Positions 10,560 through 22,700 of a stretch of 64,000 bases of DNA are shown piece by piece (position 1 is the first letter of the stretch; each line of letters begins with the position of its first letter). The position numbers and the translations under genes are program-made. The stretch is from Eledone cirrhosa (lineage: Eukaryota), in the NCBI GenBank assembly GCA_964016885.1, contig CAXHJY010000898.1, positions 124,001 through 188,000 of the forward strand. Reading direction: 5' to 3'. Under the pieces are notes generated by a model. That model did not search any database and was not told the origin of the DNA. It saw only the letters and a list, made by a program, of their open reading frames with translations.

Positions 10560-13500
10560 AGCTTAGCTTAGGATAGCTTAGCTTAGCTTAGCTTAGGATA
10601 GATTAGCTTAGCTTAGGATAGCTTAGCTTAGCTTAGCTTAGGAAAGCTTAGCTTAGCTTAGGATAGCTTAGCTTAGCTTAGCTTAGGATAGCTTAGGATA
10701 GCTTAGCTTAGGATAGCTTAGGATAGCTTAGCTTAGGATAGCTTAGGATAGCTTAGGTTAGGATAGCTTAGCTTAGGATAGCTTAGGATAGCTTAGCTTA
10801 GGATAGCTTAGGATAGCTTAGCTTAGGATAGCTTAGGATAGCTTAGCTTAGGATAGCTTAGCTTAGGATAGCTTAGGAAAGCTTAGCTTAGCTTAGCTTA
10901 GGATAGCTTAGCTTAGCTTAGCTTAGGATAGCTTAGCTTAGCTTAGCTTAGGATAGCTTAGGATAGCTTAGCTTAGGATAGCTTAGGATAGCTTAGCTTA
11001 GGATAGCTTAGCTTAGGATAGCTTAGCTTAGGATAGCTTAGGATAGCTTAGCTTAGGATAGCTTAGGATAGCTTAGCTTAGGATAGCTTAGCTTAGGATA
11101 GCTTAGGATAGCTTAGCTTAGCTTAGCTTAGGATAGCTTAGCTTAGCTTAGCTTAGGATAGCTTAGCTTAGCTTAGCTTAGCTTAGCTTAGCTTAGCTTA
11201 GGATAGCTTAGGATAGCTTAGCTTAGGATAGCTTAGGATAGCTTAGCTTAGGATAGCTTAGCTTAGGATAGCTTAGCTTAGCTTAGCTTAGGATAGCTTA
11301 GCTTAGGATAGCTTAGGATAGCTTAGCTTAGGATAGCTTAGCTTAGGATAGCTTAGGATAGCTTAGCTTAGCTTAGCTTAGGATAGCTTAGCTTAGCTTA
11401 GCTTAGGATAGCTTAGCTTAGCTTAGGATAGCTTAGCTTAGCTTAGCTTAGGATAGCTTAGCTTAGCTTAGCTTAGGATAGCTTAGCTTAGGATAGCTTA
11501 GGATAGCTTAGCTTAGCTTAGCTTAGGATAGCTTAGCTTAGCTTAGCTTAGGATAGCTTAGCTTAGCTTAGGATAGCTTAGCTTAGCTTAGCTTAGGATA
11601 GCTTAGCCTAGCTTAGCTTAGGATAGCTTAGCTTAGCTTAGCTTAGGATAGCTTAGCTTAGGATAGCTTAGGATAGCTTAGCTTAGCTTAGCTTAGGATA
11701 GCTTAGCTTAGCTTAGGATAGCTTAGCTTAGCTTAGGATAGCTTAGCTTAGCTTAGCTTAGGATAGCTTAGCTTAGCTTAGCTTAGGATAGCTTAGCTTA
11801 GGTTAGCTTAGGATAGCTTAGGATAGCTTAGGATAGCTTAGCTTAGCTTAGCTTAGCTTAGGATAGCTTAACTTAGCTTAGGATAGCTTAGCTTAGCTTA
11901 GCTTAGGATAGCTTAGCTTAGCTTAGCTTAGGATAGCTTAGCTTAGCTTAGCTTAGGATAGCTTAGCTTAGCTTAGCTTAGGATAGCTTAGCTTAGCTTA
12001 GCTTAGGATAGCTTAGCTTAGCTTAGCTTAGAATAGCTTAGCTTAGGATAGCTTAGCTTAGGATAGCTTAGGATAGCTTAGCTTAGGATAGCTTAGGATA
12101 GCTTAGCTTAGGATAGCTTAGCTTAGCTTAGCTTAGGATAGCTTAGCTTAGCTTAGGATAGCTTAGCTTAGCTTAGCTTAGGATAGCTTAGCTTAGGATA
12201 GCTTAGGAAAGCTTAGCTTAGCTTAGCTTAGCTTAGCTTAGCTTAGCTTAGGATAGCTTAGCTTAGCTTAGGATAGTTTAGCTTAGCTTAGCTTAGGATA
12301 GCTTAGCTTAGCTTAGCTTAGGATAGCTTAGCTTAGCTTAGCTTAGGATAGCTTAGCTTAGCTTAGGATAGCTTAGCTTAGCTTAGCTTAGGATAGCTTA
12401 GCTTAGCTTAGGATAGCTTAGCTTAGCTTAGCTTAGGATAGCTTAGCTTAGCTTAGCTTAGGAAAGCTTAGCTTAGGATAGCTTAGCTTAGCTTAGGATA
12501 GCTTAGCTTAGCTTAGCTTAGGATAGCTTAGCTTAGCTTAGCTTAGGATAGCTTAGCTTAGCTTAGCTTAGTATAGCTTAGCTTAGCTTAGCTTAGGATA
12601 GCTTAGCTTAGCTTAGCTTAGGATAGCTTAGCTTAGCTTAGCTTAGGATAGCTTAGCTTAGCTTAGCTTAGGATAGCTTAGCTTAGCTTAGCTTAGGATA
12701 GCTTAGCTTAGCTTGGCTTAGGATAGCTTAGCTTAGCTTGGCTTAGGATAGCTTAGCTTAGCTTAGCTTAGGATAGCTTAGCTTAGCTTAGCTTAGCTTA
12801 GCTTAGCTTAGGATAGCTTAGCTTAGCTTAGCTTAGCTTAGGATAGCTTAGCTTAGCTTAGCTTAGCTTAGGATAGCTTAGCTTAGCTTAGCTTAGCTTA
12901 GCTTAGGATAGCTTAGCTTAGCTTAGCTTAGGATAGCTTAGCTTAGTTTAGGATAGCTTAGCTTAGCTTAGCTTAGGATAGCTTAGGATAGCTTAGCTTA
13001 GGATAGCTTAGGATAGCTTAGCTTAGGATAGCTTAGGATAGCTTAGGTTAGGATAGCTTAGCTTAGGATAGATTAGGATAGCTTAGCTTAGGATAGCTTA
13101 GGATAGCTTAGCTTAGGATAGCTTAGGATAGCTTAGCTTAGAATAGCTTAGCTTAGGATAGCTTAGGAAAGCTTAGCTTAGCTTAGCTTAGCTTAGCTTA
13201 GCTTAGCTTAGCTTAGGATAGCTTAGCTTAGCTTAGCTTAGGATAGCTTAGGATAGCTTAGCTTAGGATAGCTTAGGATAGCTTAGCTTTGGATAGCTTA
13301 GCTTAGGAGAGCTTAGCTTAGGATAGCTTAGGATAGCTTAGCTTAGGATAGCTTAGGATAGCTTAGCTTAGGATAGCTTAGCTTAGGATAGCTTAGGATA
13401 GCTTAGCTTAGCTTAGCTTAGGATAGCTTAGCTTAGCTTAGCTTAGCTTAGGATAGCTTAGCTTAGCTTAGCTTAGCTTAGGATAGCTTAGCTTAGCTTA

Positions 13501-16500
13501 GCTTAGGATAGCTTAGGATAGCTTAGCTTAGGATAGCTTAGGATAGCTTAGCTTAGGATAGCTTAGGATAGCTTAGCTTAGGATAGCTTAGGATAGCTTA
13601 GCTTAGGATAGCTTAGCTTAGGATAGCTTAGGATAGATTAGCTTAGGATAGCTTAGGATAGCTTAGCTTAGCTTAGCTTAGGATAGCTTAGCTTAGCTTA
13701 GCTTAGGATAGATTAGCTTAGCTTAGGATAGCTTAGCTTAGCTTAGCTTAGGAAAGCTTAGCTTAGCTTAGGATAGCTTAGCTTAGCTTAGCTTAGGATA
13801 GCTTAGGATAGCTTAGCTTAGGATAGCTTAGGATAGCTTAGCTTAGGATAGCTTAGGATAGCTTAGGTTAGGATAGCTTAGCTTAGGATAGCTTAGGATA
13901 GCTTAGCTTAGGATAGCTTAGGATAGCTTAGCTTAGGATAGCTTAGGATAGCTTAGCTTAGGATAGCTTAGCTTAGGATAGCTTAGGAAAGCTTAGCTTA
14001 GCTTAGCTTAGGATAGCTTAGCTTAGCTTAGCTTAGGATAGCTTAGCTTAGCTTAGCTTAGGATAGCTTAGGATAGCTTAGCTTAGGATAGCTTAGGATA
14101 TCTTAGCTTAGGATAGCTTAGCTTAGGATAGCTTAGCTTAGGATAGCTTAGGATAGCTTAGCTTAGGATAGCTTAGGATAGCTTAGCTTAGGATAGCTTA
14201 GCTTAGGATAGCTTAGGATAGCTTAGCTTAGCTTAGCTTAGGATAGCTTAGCTTAGCTTAGCTTAGGATAGCTTAGCTTAGCTTAGCTTAGCTTAGCTTA
14301 GCTTAGCTTAGGATAGCTTAGGATAGCTTAGCTTAGGATAGCTTAGGATAGCTTAGCTTAGGATAGCTTAGCTTAGGATAGCTTAGCTTAGCTTAGCTTA
14401 GGATAGCTTAGCTTAGGATAGCTTAGGATAGCTTAGCTTAGGATAGCTTAGCTTAGGATAGCTTAGGATAGCTTAGCTTAGCTTAGCTTAGGATAGCTTA
14501 GCTTAGCTTAGCTTAGGATAGCTTAGCTTAGCTTAGGATAGCTTAGCTTAGCTTAGCTTAGGATAGCTTAGCTTAGCTTAGCTTAGGATAGCTTAGCTTA
14601 GGATAGCTTAGGATAGCTTAGCTTAGCTTAGCTTAGGATAGCTTAGCTTAGCTTAGCTTAGGATAGCTTAGCTTAGCTTAGGATAGCTTAGCTTAGCTTA
14701 GGATAGCTTAGCCTAGCTTAGCTTAGGATAGCTTAGCTTAGCTTAGCTTAGGATAGCTTAGCTTAGGATAGCTTAGGATAGCTTAGCTTAGCTTAGCTTA
14801 GGATAGCTTAGCTTAGCTTAGGATAGCTTAGCTTAGCTTAGGATAGCTTAGCTTAGCTTAGCTTAGGATAGCTTAGCTTAGCTTAGCTTAGGATAGCTTA
14901 GCTTAGGTTAGCTTAGGATAGCTTAGGATAGCTTAGGATAGCTTAGCTTAGCTTAGCTTAGCTTAGGATAGCTTAACTTAGCTTAGGATAGCTTAGCTTA
15001 GCTTAGCTTAGGATAGCTTAGCTTAGCTTAGCTTAGGATAGCTTAGCTTAGCTTAGCTTAGGATAGCTTAGCTTAGCTTAGCTTAGGATAGCTTAGCTTA
15101 GCTTAGCTTAGGATAGCTTAGCTTAGCTTAGCTTAGAATAGCTTAGCTTAGGATAGCTTAGCTTAGGATAGCTTAGGATAGCTTAGCTTAGGATAGCTTA
15201 GGATAGCTTAGCTTAGGATAGCTTAGCTTAGCTTAGCTTAGGATAGCTTAGCTTAGCTTAGGATAGCTTAGCTTAGCTTAGCTTAGGATAGCTTAGCTTA
15301 GGATAGCTTAGGAAAGCTTAGCTTAGCTTAGCTTAGCTTAGCTTAGCTTAGCTTAGCTTAGGATAGCTTAGCTTAGCTTAGGATAGTTTAGCTTAGCTTA
15401 GCTTAGGATAGCTTAGCTTAGCTTAGCTTAGGATAGCTTAGCTTAGCTTAGCTTAGGATAGCTTAGCTTAGCTTAGGATAGCTTAGCTTAGCTTAGCTTA
15501 GGATAGCTTAGCTTAGCTTAGGATAGCTTAGCTTAGCTTAGCTTAGGATAGCTTAGCTTAGCTTAGCTTAGGATAGCTTAGCTTAGGATAGCTTAGCTTA
15601 GCTTAGGATAGCTTAGCTTAGCTTAGCTTAGGATAGCTTAGCTTAGCTTAGCTTAGGATAGCTTAGCTTAGCTTAGCTTAGTATAGCTTAGCTTAGCTTA
15701 GCTTAGGATAGCTTAGCTTAGCTTAGCTTAGGATAGCTTAGCTTAGCTTAGCTTAGGATAGCTTAGCTTAGCTTAGCTTAGGATAGCTTAGCTTAGCTTA
15801 GCTTAGGATAGCTTAGCTTAGCTTGGCTTAGGATAGCTTAGCTTAGCTTGACTTAGGATAGCTTAGCTTAGCTTAGCTTAGGATAGCTTAGCTTAGCTTA
15901 GCTTAGCTTAGCTTAGCTTAGCTTAGGATAGCTTAGCTTAGCTTAGCTTAGCTTAGGATAGCTTAGCTTAGCTTAGCTTAGCTTAGGATAGCTTAGCTTA
16001 GCTTAGCTTAGCTTAGCTTAGGATAGCTTAGCTTAGCTTAGCTTAGGATAGCTTAGCTTAGTTTAGGATAGCTTAGCTTAGCTTAGCTTAGGATAGCTTA
16101 GGATAGCTTAGCTTAGGATAGCTTAGGATAGCTTAGCTTAGGATAGCTTAGGATAGCTTAGGTTAGGATAGCTTAGCTTAGGATAGATTAGGATAGCTTA
16201 GCTTAGGATAGCTTAGGATAGCTTAGCTTAGGATAGCTTAGGATAGCTTAGCTTAGAATAGCTTAGCTTAGGATAGCTTAGGAAAGCTTAGCTTAGCTTA
16301 GCTTAGGATAGCTTAGCTTAGCTTAGCTTAGGATAGCTTAGCTTAGCTTAGCTTAGGATAGCTTAGGATAGCTTAGCTTAGGATAGCTTAGGATAGCTTA
16401 GCTTTGGATAGCTTAGCTTAGGAGAGCTTAGCTTAGGATAGCTTAGGATAGCTTAGCTTAGGATAGCTTAGGATAGCTTAGCTTAGGATAGCTTAGCTTA

Positions 16501-16720
16501 GGATAGCTTAGGATAGCTTAGCTTAGCTTAGCTTAGGATAGCTTAGCTTAGCTTAGCTTAGCTTAGGATAGCTTAGCTTAGCTTAGCTTAGCTTAGGATA
16601 GCTTAGCTTAGCTTAGCTTAGGATAGCTTAGGATAGCTTAGCTTAGGATAGCTTAGGATAGCTTAGCTTAGGATAGCTTAGGATAGCTTAGCTTAGGATA
16701 GCTTAGGATAGCTTAGCTTA
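10560..16720 (+). repeat. Tandem duplication of a ~3.11-kb block
   Basis: ATTAG 10602/13712, GTTAG 10757/13867, CCTAG 11607/14712, TATAG 12572/15682 and CTTTG 13287/16402 give offsets of 3105-3115. Boundaries approximate. Confidence 0.85.
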
Positions 16721-19700
16721 GGATAGCTTAGCTTAGGATAGCTTAGCTTAGCTTAGCTTAGGATAGCTTAGCTTAGGATAGCTTAGGATAGCTTAGCTTA
16801 GGATAGCTTAGCTTAGGATAGCTTAGGATAGCTTAGCTTAGCTTAGCTTAGGATAGCTTAGCTTAGCTTAGCTTAGGATAGCTTAGCTTAGCTTAGGATA
16901 GCTTAGCTTAGCTTAGCTTAGGATAGCTTAGCTTAGCTTAGCTTAGGATAGCTTAGCTTAGCTTAGGATAGCTTAGCTTAGCTTAGGATAGCTCAGCTTA
17001 GCTTAGCTTAGGAAAGCTTAGCTTAGCTTAGCTTAGGATAGCTTAGCTTAGGATAGCTTAGCTTAGGATAGCGTAGCTTAGGTTAGCTTAGCTTAGCTTA
17101 GCTTAGGATAGCTTAGGATAGCTTAGCTTAGGATAGCTTAGCTTAGCTTAGCTTAGGATAGCTTAGCTTAGCTTAGCTTAGGATAGCTTAGCTTAGCTTA
17201 GCTTAGGATAGCTTAGCTTAGGATAGCTTAGGATAGCTTAGCTTAGCTTAGCTTAGGATAGTTTAGCTTAGCTTAGCTTAGGATAGCTTAGCTTAGCTTA
17301 GGATAGCTTAGCTTAGCTTAGCTTAGGATAGCTTAGCTTAGCTTAGCTTAGGATAGCTAAGCTTAGGTTAGCTTAGGATAGCTTAGGATAGCTTAGCTTA
17401 GGATAGCTTAGGATAGCTTAGCTTAGGATAGCTTAGCTTAGGATAGCTTAGCTTAGGTTAGCTTAGCTTAGCTTAGCTTAGGATAGCTTAGGATAGCTTA
17501 GCTTAGGATAGCTTAGCTTAGCTTAGCTTAGGATAGCTTAGCTTAGGATAGCTTAGGATAGCTTAGCTTAGGATAGCTTAGCTTAGGATAGTTTAGCTTA
17601 GGATAGCTTAGGATAGCTTAGCTTAGCTTAGCTTAGGATAGCTTAGCTTAGCTTAGCTTAGGATAGCTTAGCTTAGGTTAGCTTAGCTTAGCTTAGCTTA
17701 GGATAGCTTAGCTTAGGATAGCTTAGGATAGCTTAGCTTAGGATAGCTTAGCTTAGGATAGCTTAGGATAGCTTAGCTTAGGATAGCTTAGAATAGCTTA
17801 GCTTAGGATAGCTTAGCTTAGGATAGCTTAGGATAGCTTAGCTTAGCTTAGCTTAGGATAGCTTAGCTTAGCTTAGCTTAGGATAGCTTAGCTTAGCTTA
17901 GCTTAGGATAGCTTAGCTTAGCTTAGCTTAGGATAGCTTAGGATAGCTTAGCTTAGGATAGCTTAGGATAGCTTAGGATAGCTTAGCTTAGCTTAGCTTA
18001 GGATAGCTTAGCTTAGCTTAGCTTAGGATAGCTTAGCTTAGCTTAGCTTAGGATAGCTTAGCTTAGCTTAGGATAGCTTAGCTTAGCTTAGCTTAGGATA
18101 GCTTAGCTTAGCTTAGCTTAGGATAGCTTAGCTTAGCTTAGGATAGCTTAGCTTAGTTTAGGATAGCTTAGCTTAGCTTAGCTTAGGATAGCTTAGCTTA
18201 GCTTAGCTTAGGATAGCTTAGCTTAGCTTAGCTTAGGATAGCTTAGCTTAGCTTAGCTTAGGATAGCTTAGCTTAGCTTAGCTTAGGATAGCTTAGCTTA
18301 GCTTAGCTTAGGATAGCTTAGCTTAGCTTAGCTTAGGATAGATTAGCTTAGCTTAGGATAGCTTAGCTTAGCTTAGCTTAGGAAAGCTTAGCTTAGCTTA
18401 GGATAGCTTAGCTTAGCTTAGCTTAGGAGAGCTTAGCTTAGCTTAGGATAGCTTAGCTTAGCTTAGCTTAGGATAGCTTAGCTTAGCTTAGCTTAGGTAG
18501 CTTAGCTTAGCTTAGCTTAGGATAGCTTAGCTTAGCTTAGCTTAGGATAGCTTAGGATAGCTTAGCTTAGGATAGCTTAGGATAGCTTACCTTAGGAGAG
18601 CTTAGCTTAGGATAGCTTAGCTTAGGATAGCTTAGGATAGCTTAGCTTAGGATAGCTTAGCTTAGGATAGCTTAGCTTAGGATAGCTTAGGATAGCTTAG
18701 CTTAGCTTAGCTTAGGATAGCTTAGCTTAGCTTAGCTTAGGATAGCTTAGCTTAGGTTAGCTTAGCTTAGCTTAGCTTAGGATAGCTTAGGATAGCTTAG
18801 CTTAGGATAGCTTAGGATAGCTTAGCTTAGGATAGCTTAGGATAGCTTAGCTTAGGATAGCTTAGCTTAGGATAGCTTAGGATTGCTTAGCTTAGGATAG
18901 CTTAGGATAGCTTAGCTTAGGATAGCTTAGCTTAGGATCGCTTAGGATAGCTTAGCTTAGCTTAGCTTAGGATAGCTTAGCTTAGCTTAGCTTAGGATAG
19001 CTTAGCTTAGCTTAGCTTAGGATAGCTTAGCTTAGCTTAGCTTAGGATAGCTTAGGATAGCTTAGCTTAGGATAGCTTAGGATAGCTTAGCTTAGGATAG
19101 CTTAGGATAGCTTAGCTTAGGATAGCTTAGCTTAGGATAGCTTAGCTTAGGATAGCTTAGGATAGCTTAGCTTAGGATAGCTTAGGATAGCTTAGCTTAG
19201 GATAGCTTAGCTTAGGATAGCTTAGCTTAGGATAGCTTAGGATAGCTTAGCTTAGCTTAGCTTAGGATAGCTTAGCTTAGCTTAGCTTAGGATAGCTTAG
19301 CTTAGCTTAGCTTAGGATAGCTTAGCTTAGCTTAGCCTAGGATAGCTTAGGATAGCTTAGCTTAGGATAGCTTAGGATAGCTTAGCTTAGGTTAGCTTAG
19401 GATAGCTTAGCTTAGGATAGATTAGCTTAGGATAGCTTAGCTTAGGATAGCTTAGGATAGCTTAGCTTAGGATAGCTTAGGATAGCTTAGCTTAGAATAG
19501 CTTAGCTTAGGATAGCTTAGGAAAGCTTAGCTTAGCTTAGCTTAGGATAGCTTAGCTTAGCTTAGCTTAGGATAGCTTAGCTTAGCTTAGCTTAGGATAG
19601 CTTAGGATAGCTTAGCTTAGGATAGCTTAGGATAGCTTAGCTTTGGATAGCTTAGCTTAGGAGAGCTTAGCTTAGGATAGCTTAGGATAGCTTAGCTTAG

Positions 19701-22700
19701 GATAGCTTAGGATAGCTTAGCTTAGGATAGCTTAGCTTAGGATAGCTTAGGATAGCTTAGCTTAGCTTAGCTTAGGATAGCTTAGCTTAGCTTAGCTTAG
19801 GATAGCTTAGCTTAGCTTAGCTTAGCTTAGGATAGCTTAGCTTAGCTTAGCTTAGGATAGCTTAGGATAGCTTAGCTTAGGATAGCTTAGGATAGCTTAG
19901 CTTAGGATAGCTTAGGATAGCTTAGCTTAGGATAGCTTAGGATAGCTTAGCTTAGGATAGCTTAGCTTAGGATAGCTTAGCTTAGCTTAGCTTAGGATAG
20001 CTTAGCTTAGGATAGCTTAGGATAGCTTAGCTTAGGATAGCTTAGCTTAGGATAGCTTAGGATAGCTTAGCTTAGCTTAGCTTAGGATAGCTTAGCTTAG
20101 CTTAGCTTAGGATAGCTTAGCTTAGCTTAGGATAGCTTAGCTTAGCTTAGCTTAGGATAGCTTAGCTTAGCTTAGCTTAGGATAGCTTAGCTTAGCTTAG
20201 CTTAGGATAGCTTAGCTTAGCTTAGGATAGCTCAGCTTAGCTTAGCTTAGGATAGCTTAGCTTAGGTTAGCTTAGGATAGCTTAGGATAGCTTAGGATAG
20301 CTTAGCTTAGCTTAGCTTAGGATAGCTTAGCTTAGCTTAGCTTAGGATAGCTTAGCTTAGCTTAGCTTAGGATAGCTTAGCTTAGCTTAGGATAGCTTAG
20401 CTTAGCTTAGCTTAGGATAGCTTAGCTTAGCTTAGGATAGCTTAGCTTAGCTTAGCTTAGGATAGCTTAGCTTTGCTTAGGATAGCTTAGCTTAGCTTAG
20501 CTTAGGATAGCTTAGCTTAGCTTAGCTTAGGATAGCTTAGCTTAGGTTAGCTTAGGATAGCTTAGGATAGCTTAGGATAGCTTAGCTTAGCTTAGCTTAG
20601 GATAGCTTAGCTTAGCTTAGCTTAGGATAGCTTAGCTTAGCTTAGCTTAGGATAGCTTAGCTTAGCTTAGGATAGCTTAGCTTAGCTTAGCTTAGCTTAG
20701 CTTAGGATAGCTTAGCTTAGCTTAGGATAGCTTAGCTTAGCTTAGCTTAGGATAGCTTAGCTTTGCTTAGGATAGCTTAGCTTAGCTTAGCTTAGGATAG
20801 CTTAGCTTAGCTTAGCTTAGGATAGCTTAGCTTAGCTTAGCTTAGGATAGATTAGCTTAGCTTAGGATAGCTTAGCTTAGCTTAGCTTAGGAAAGCTTAG
20901 CTTAGCTTAGGATAGCTTAGCTTAGCTTAGCTTAGGAGAGCTTAGCTTAGCTTAGGATAGCTTAGCTTAGCTTAGCTTAGGATAGCTTAGCTTAGCTTAG
21001 GTAGCTTAGCTTAGCTTAGCTTAGGATAGCTTAGCTTAGCTTAGCTTAGCTTAGGATAGCTTAGCTTAGCTTAGCTTAGGATAGCTTAGCTTAGCTTAGC
21101 TTAGGATAGCTTAGGATAGCTTAGCTTAGGATAGCTTAGGATAGCTTACCTTAGGAGAGCTTAGCTTAGGATAGCTTAGCTTAGGATAGCTTAGGATAGC
21201 TTAGCTTAGGATAGCTTAGCTTAGGATAGCTTAGCTTAGGATAGCTTAGGATAGCTTAGCTTAGCTTAGCTTAGGATAGCTTAGCTTAGCTTAGCTTAGG
21301 ATAGCTTAGCTTAGGTTAGCTTAGCTTAGCTTAGCTTAGGATAGCTTAGCTTAGGATAGCTTAGGATAGCTTAGCTTAGGATAGCTTAGCTTAGGATAGC
21401 TTAGCTTAGCTTTGCTTAGGATAGCTTAGCTTAGCTTAGCTTAGGATAGCTTAGCTTAGCTTAGCTTAGGATAGCTTAGCTTAGCTTAGCTTAGGATAGC
21501 TTAGCTTAGCTTAGCTTAGGATAGCTTAGCTTAGCTTAGCTTAGTATAGCTTAGCTTAGCTTAGCTTAGGATCGCTTAGCTTAGCTTAGCTTAGGATAGC
21601 TTAGCTTAGCTTAGGATAGCTTAGCTTAGCTTAGCTTAGGATAGCTTAGCTTAGCTTAGGATAGCTTAGGATAGCTTAGCTTAGGAGAGCTTAGCTTAGC
21701 TTAGCTTAGGATAGCTTAGCTTAGCTTAGCTTAGGATAGCTTAGCTTAACTTAGCTTAGGATAGCTTAGCTTAGCTTAACTTAGGATAGCTTAGCTTAGC
21801 TTAGCTTAGGATAGCTTAGCTTAGCTTAGCTTAGGATAGCTTAGCTTAGCTTAGCTTAGGATAGCTTAGGATAGCTTAGCTTAGGATAGCTTAGGATAGC
21901 TTACCTTAGGAGAGCTTAGCTTAGGATAGCTTAGCTTAGGATAGCTTAGGATAGCTTAGCTTAGGATAGCTTAGCTTAGGATAGCTTAGCTTAGGATAGC
22001 TTAGGATAGTTTAGCTTAGCTTAGCTTAGGATAGCTTAGCTTAGCTTAGCTTAGGATAGCTTAGCTTAGGTTAGCTTAGCTTAGCTTAGCTTAGGATAGC
22101 TTAGCTTAGGATAGCTTAGGATAGCTTAGCTTAGGATAGCTTAGCTTAGGATAGCTTAGCTTAGCTTTGCTTAGGATAGCTTAGCTTAGCTTAGCTTAGG
22201 ATAGCTTAGCTTAGCTTAGCTTAGGATAGCTTAGCTTAGCTTAGCTTAGGATAGCTTAGCTTAGCTTAGCTTAGGATAGCTTAGCTTAGCTTAGCTTAGG
22301 ATAGCTTAGCTTAGCTTAGCTTAGGATCGCTTAGCTTAGCTTAGCTTAGGATAGCTTAGCTTAGCTTAGGATAGCTTAGCTTAGCTTAGCTTAGGATAGC
22401 TTAGCTTAGCTTAGGATAGCTTAGGATAGCTTAGCTTAGGAGAGCTTAGCTTAGCTTAGCTTAGGATAGCTTAGCTTAGCTTAGCTTAGGATAGCTTAGC
22501 TTAACTTAGCTTAGGATAGCTTAGCTTAGCTTAACTTAGGATAGCTTAGCTTAGCTTAGCTTAGGATAGCTTAGCTTAGCTTAGCTTAGGATAGCTTAGC
22601 TTAGCTTAGCTTAGGATAGCTTAGGATAGCTTAGCTTAGGATAGCTTAGGATAGCTTACCTTAGGAGAGCTTAGCTTAGGATAGCTTAGCTTAGGATAGC

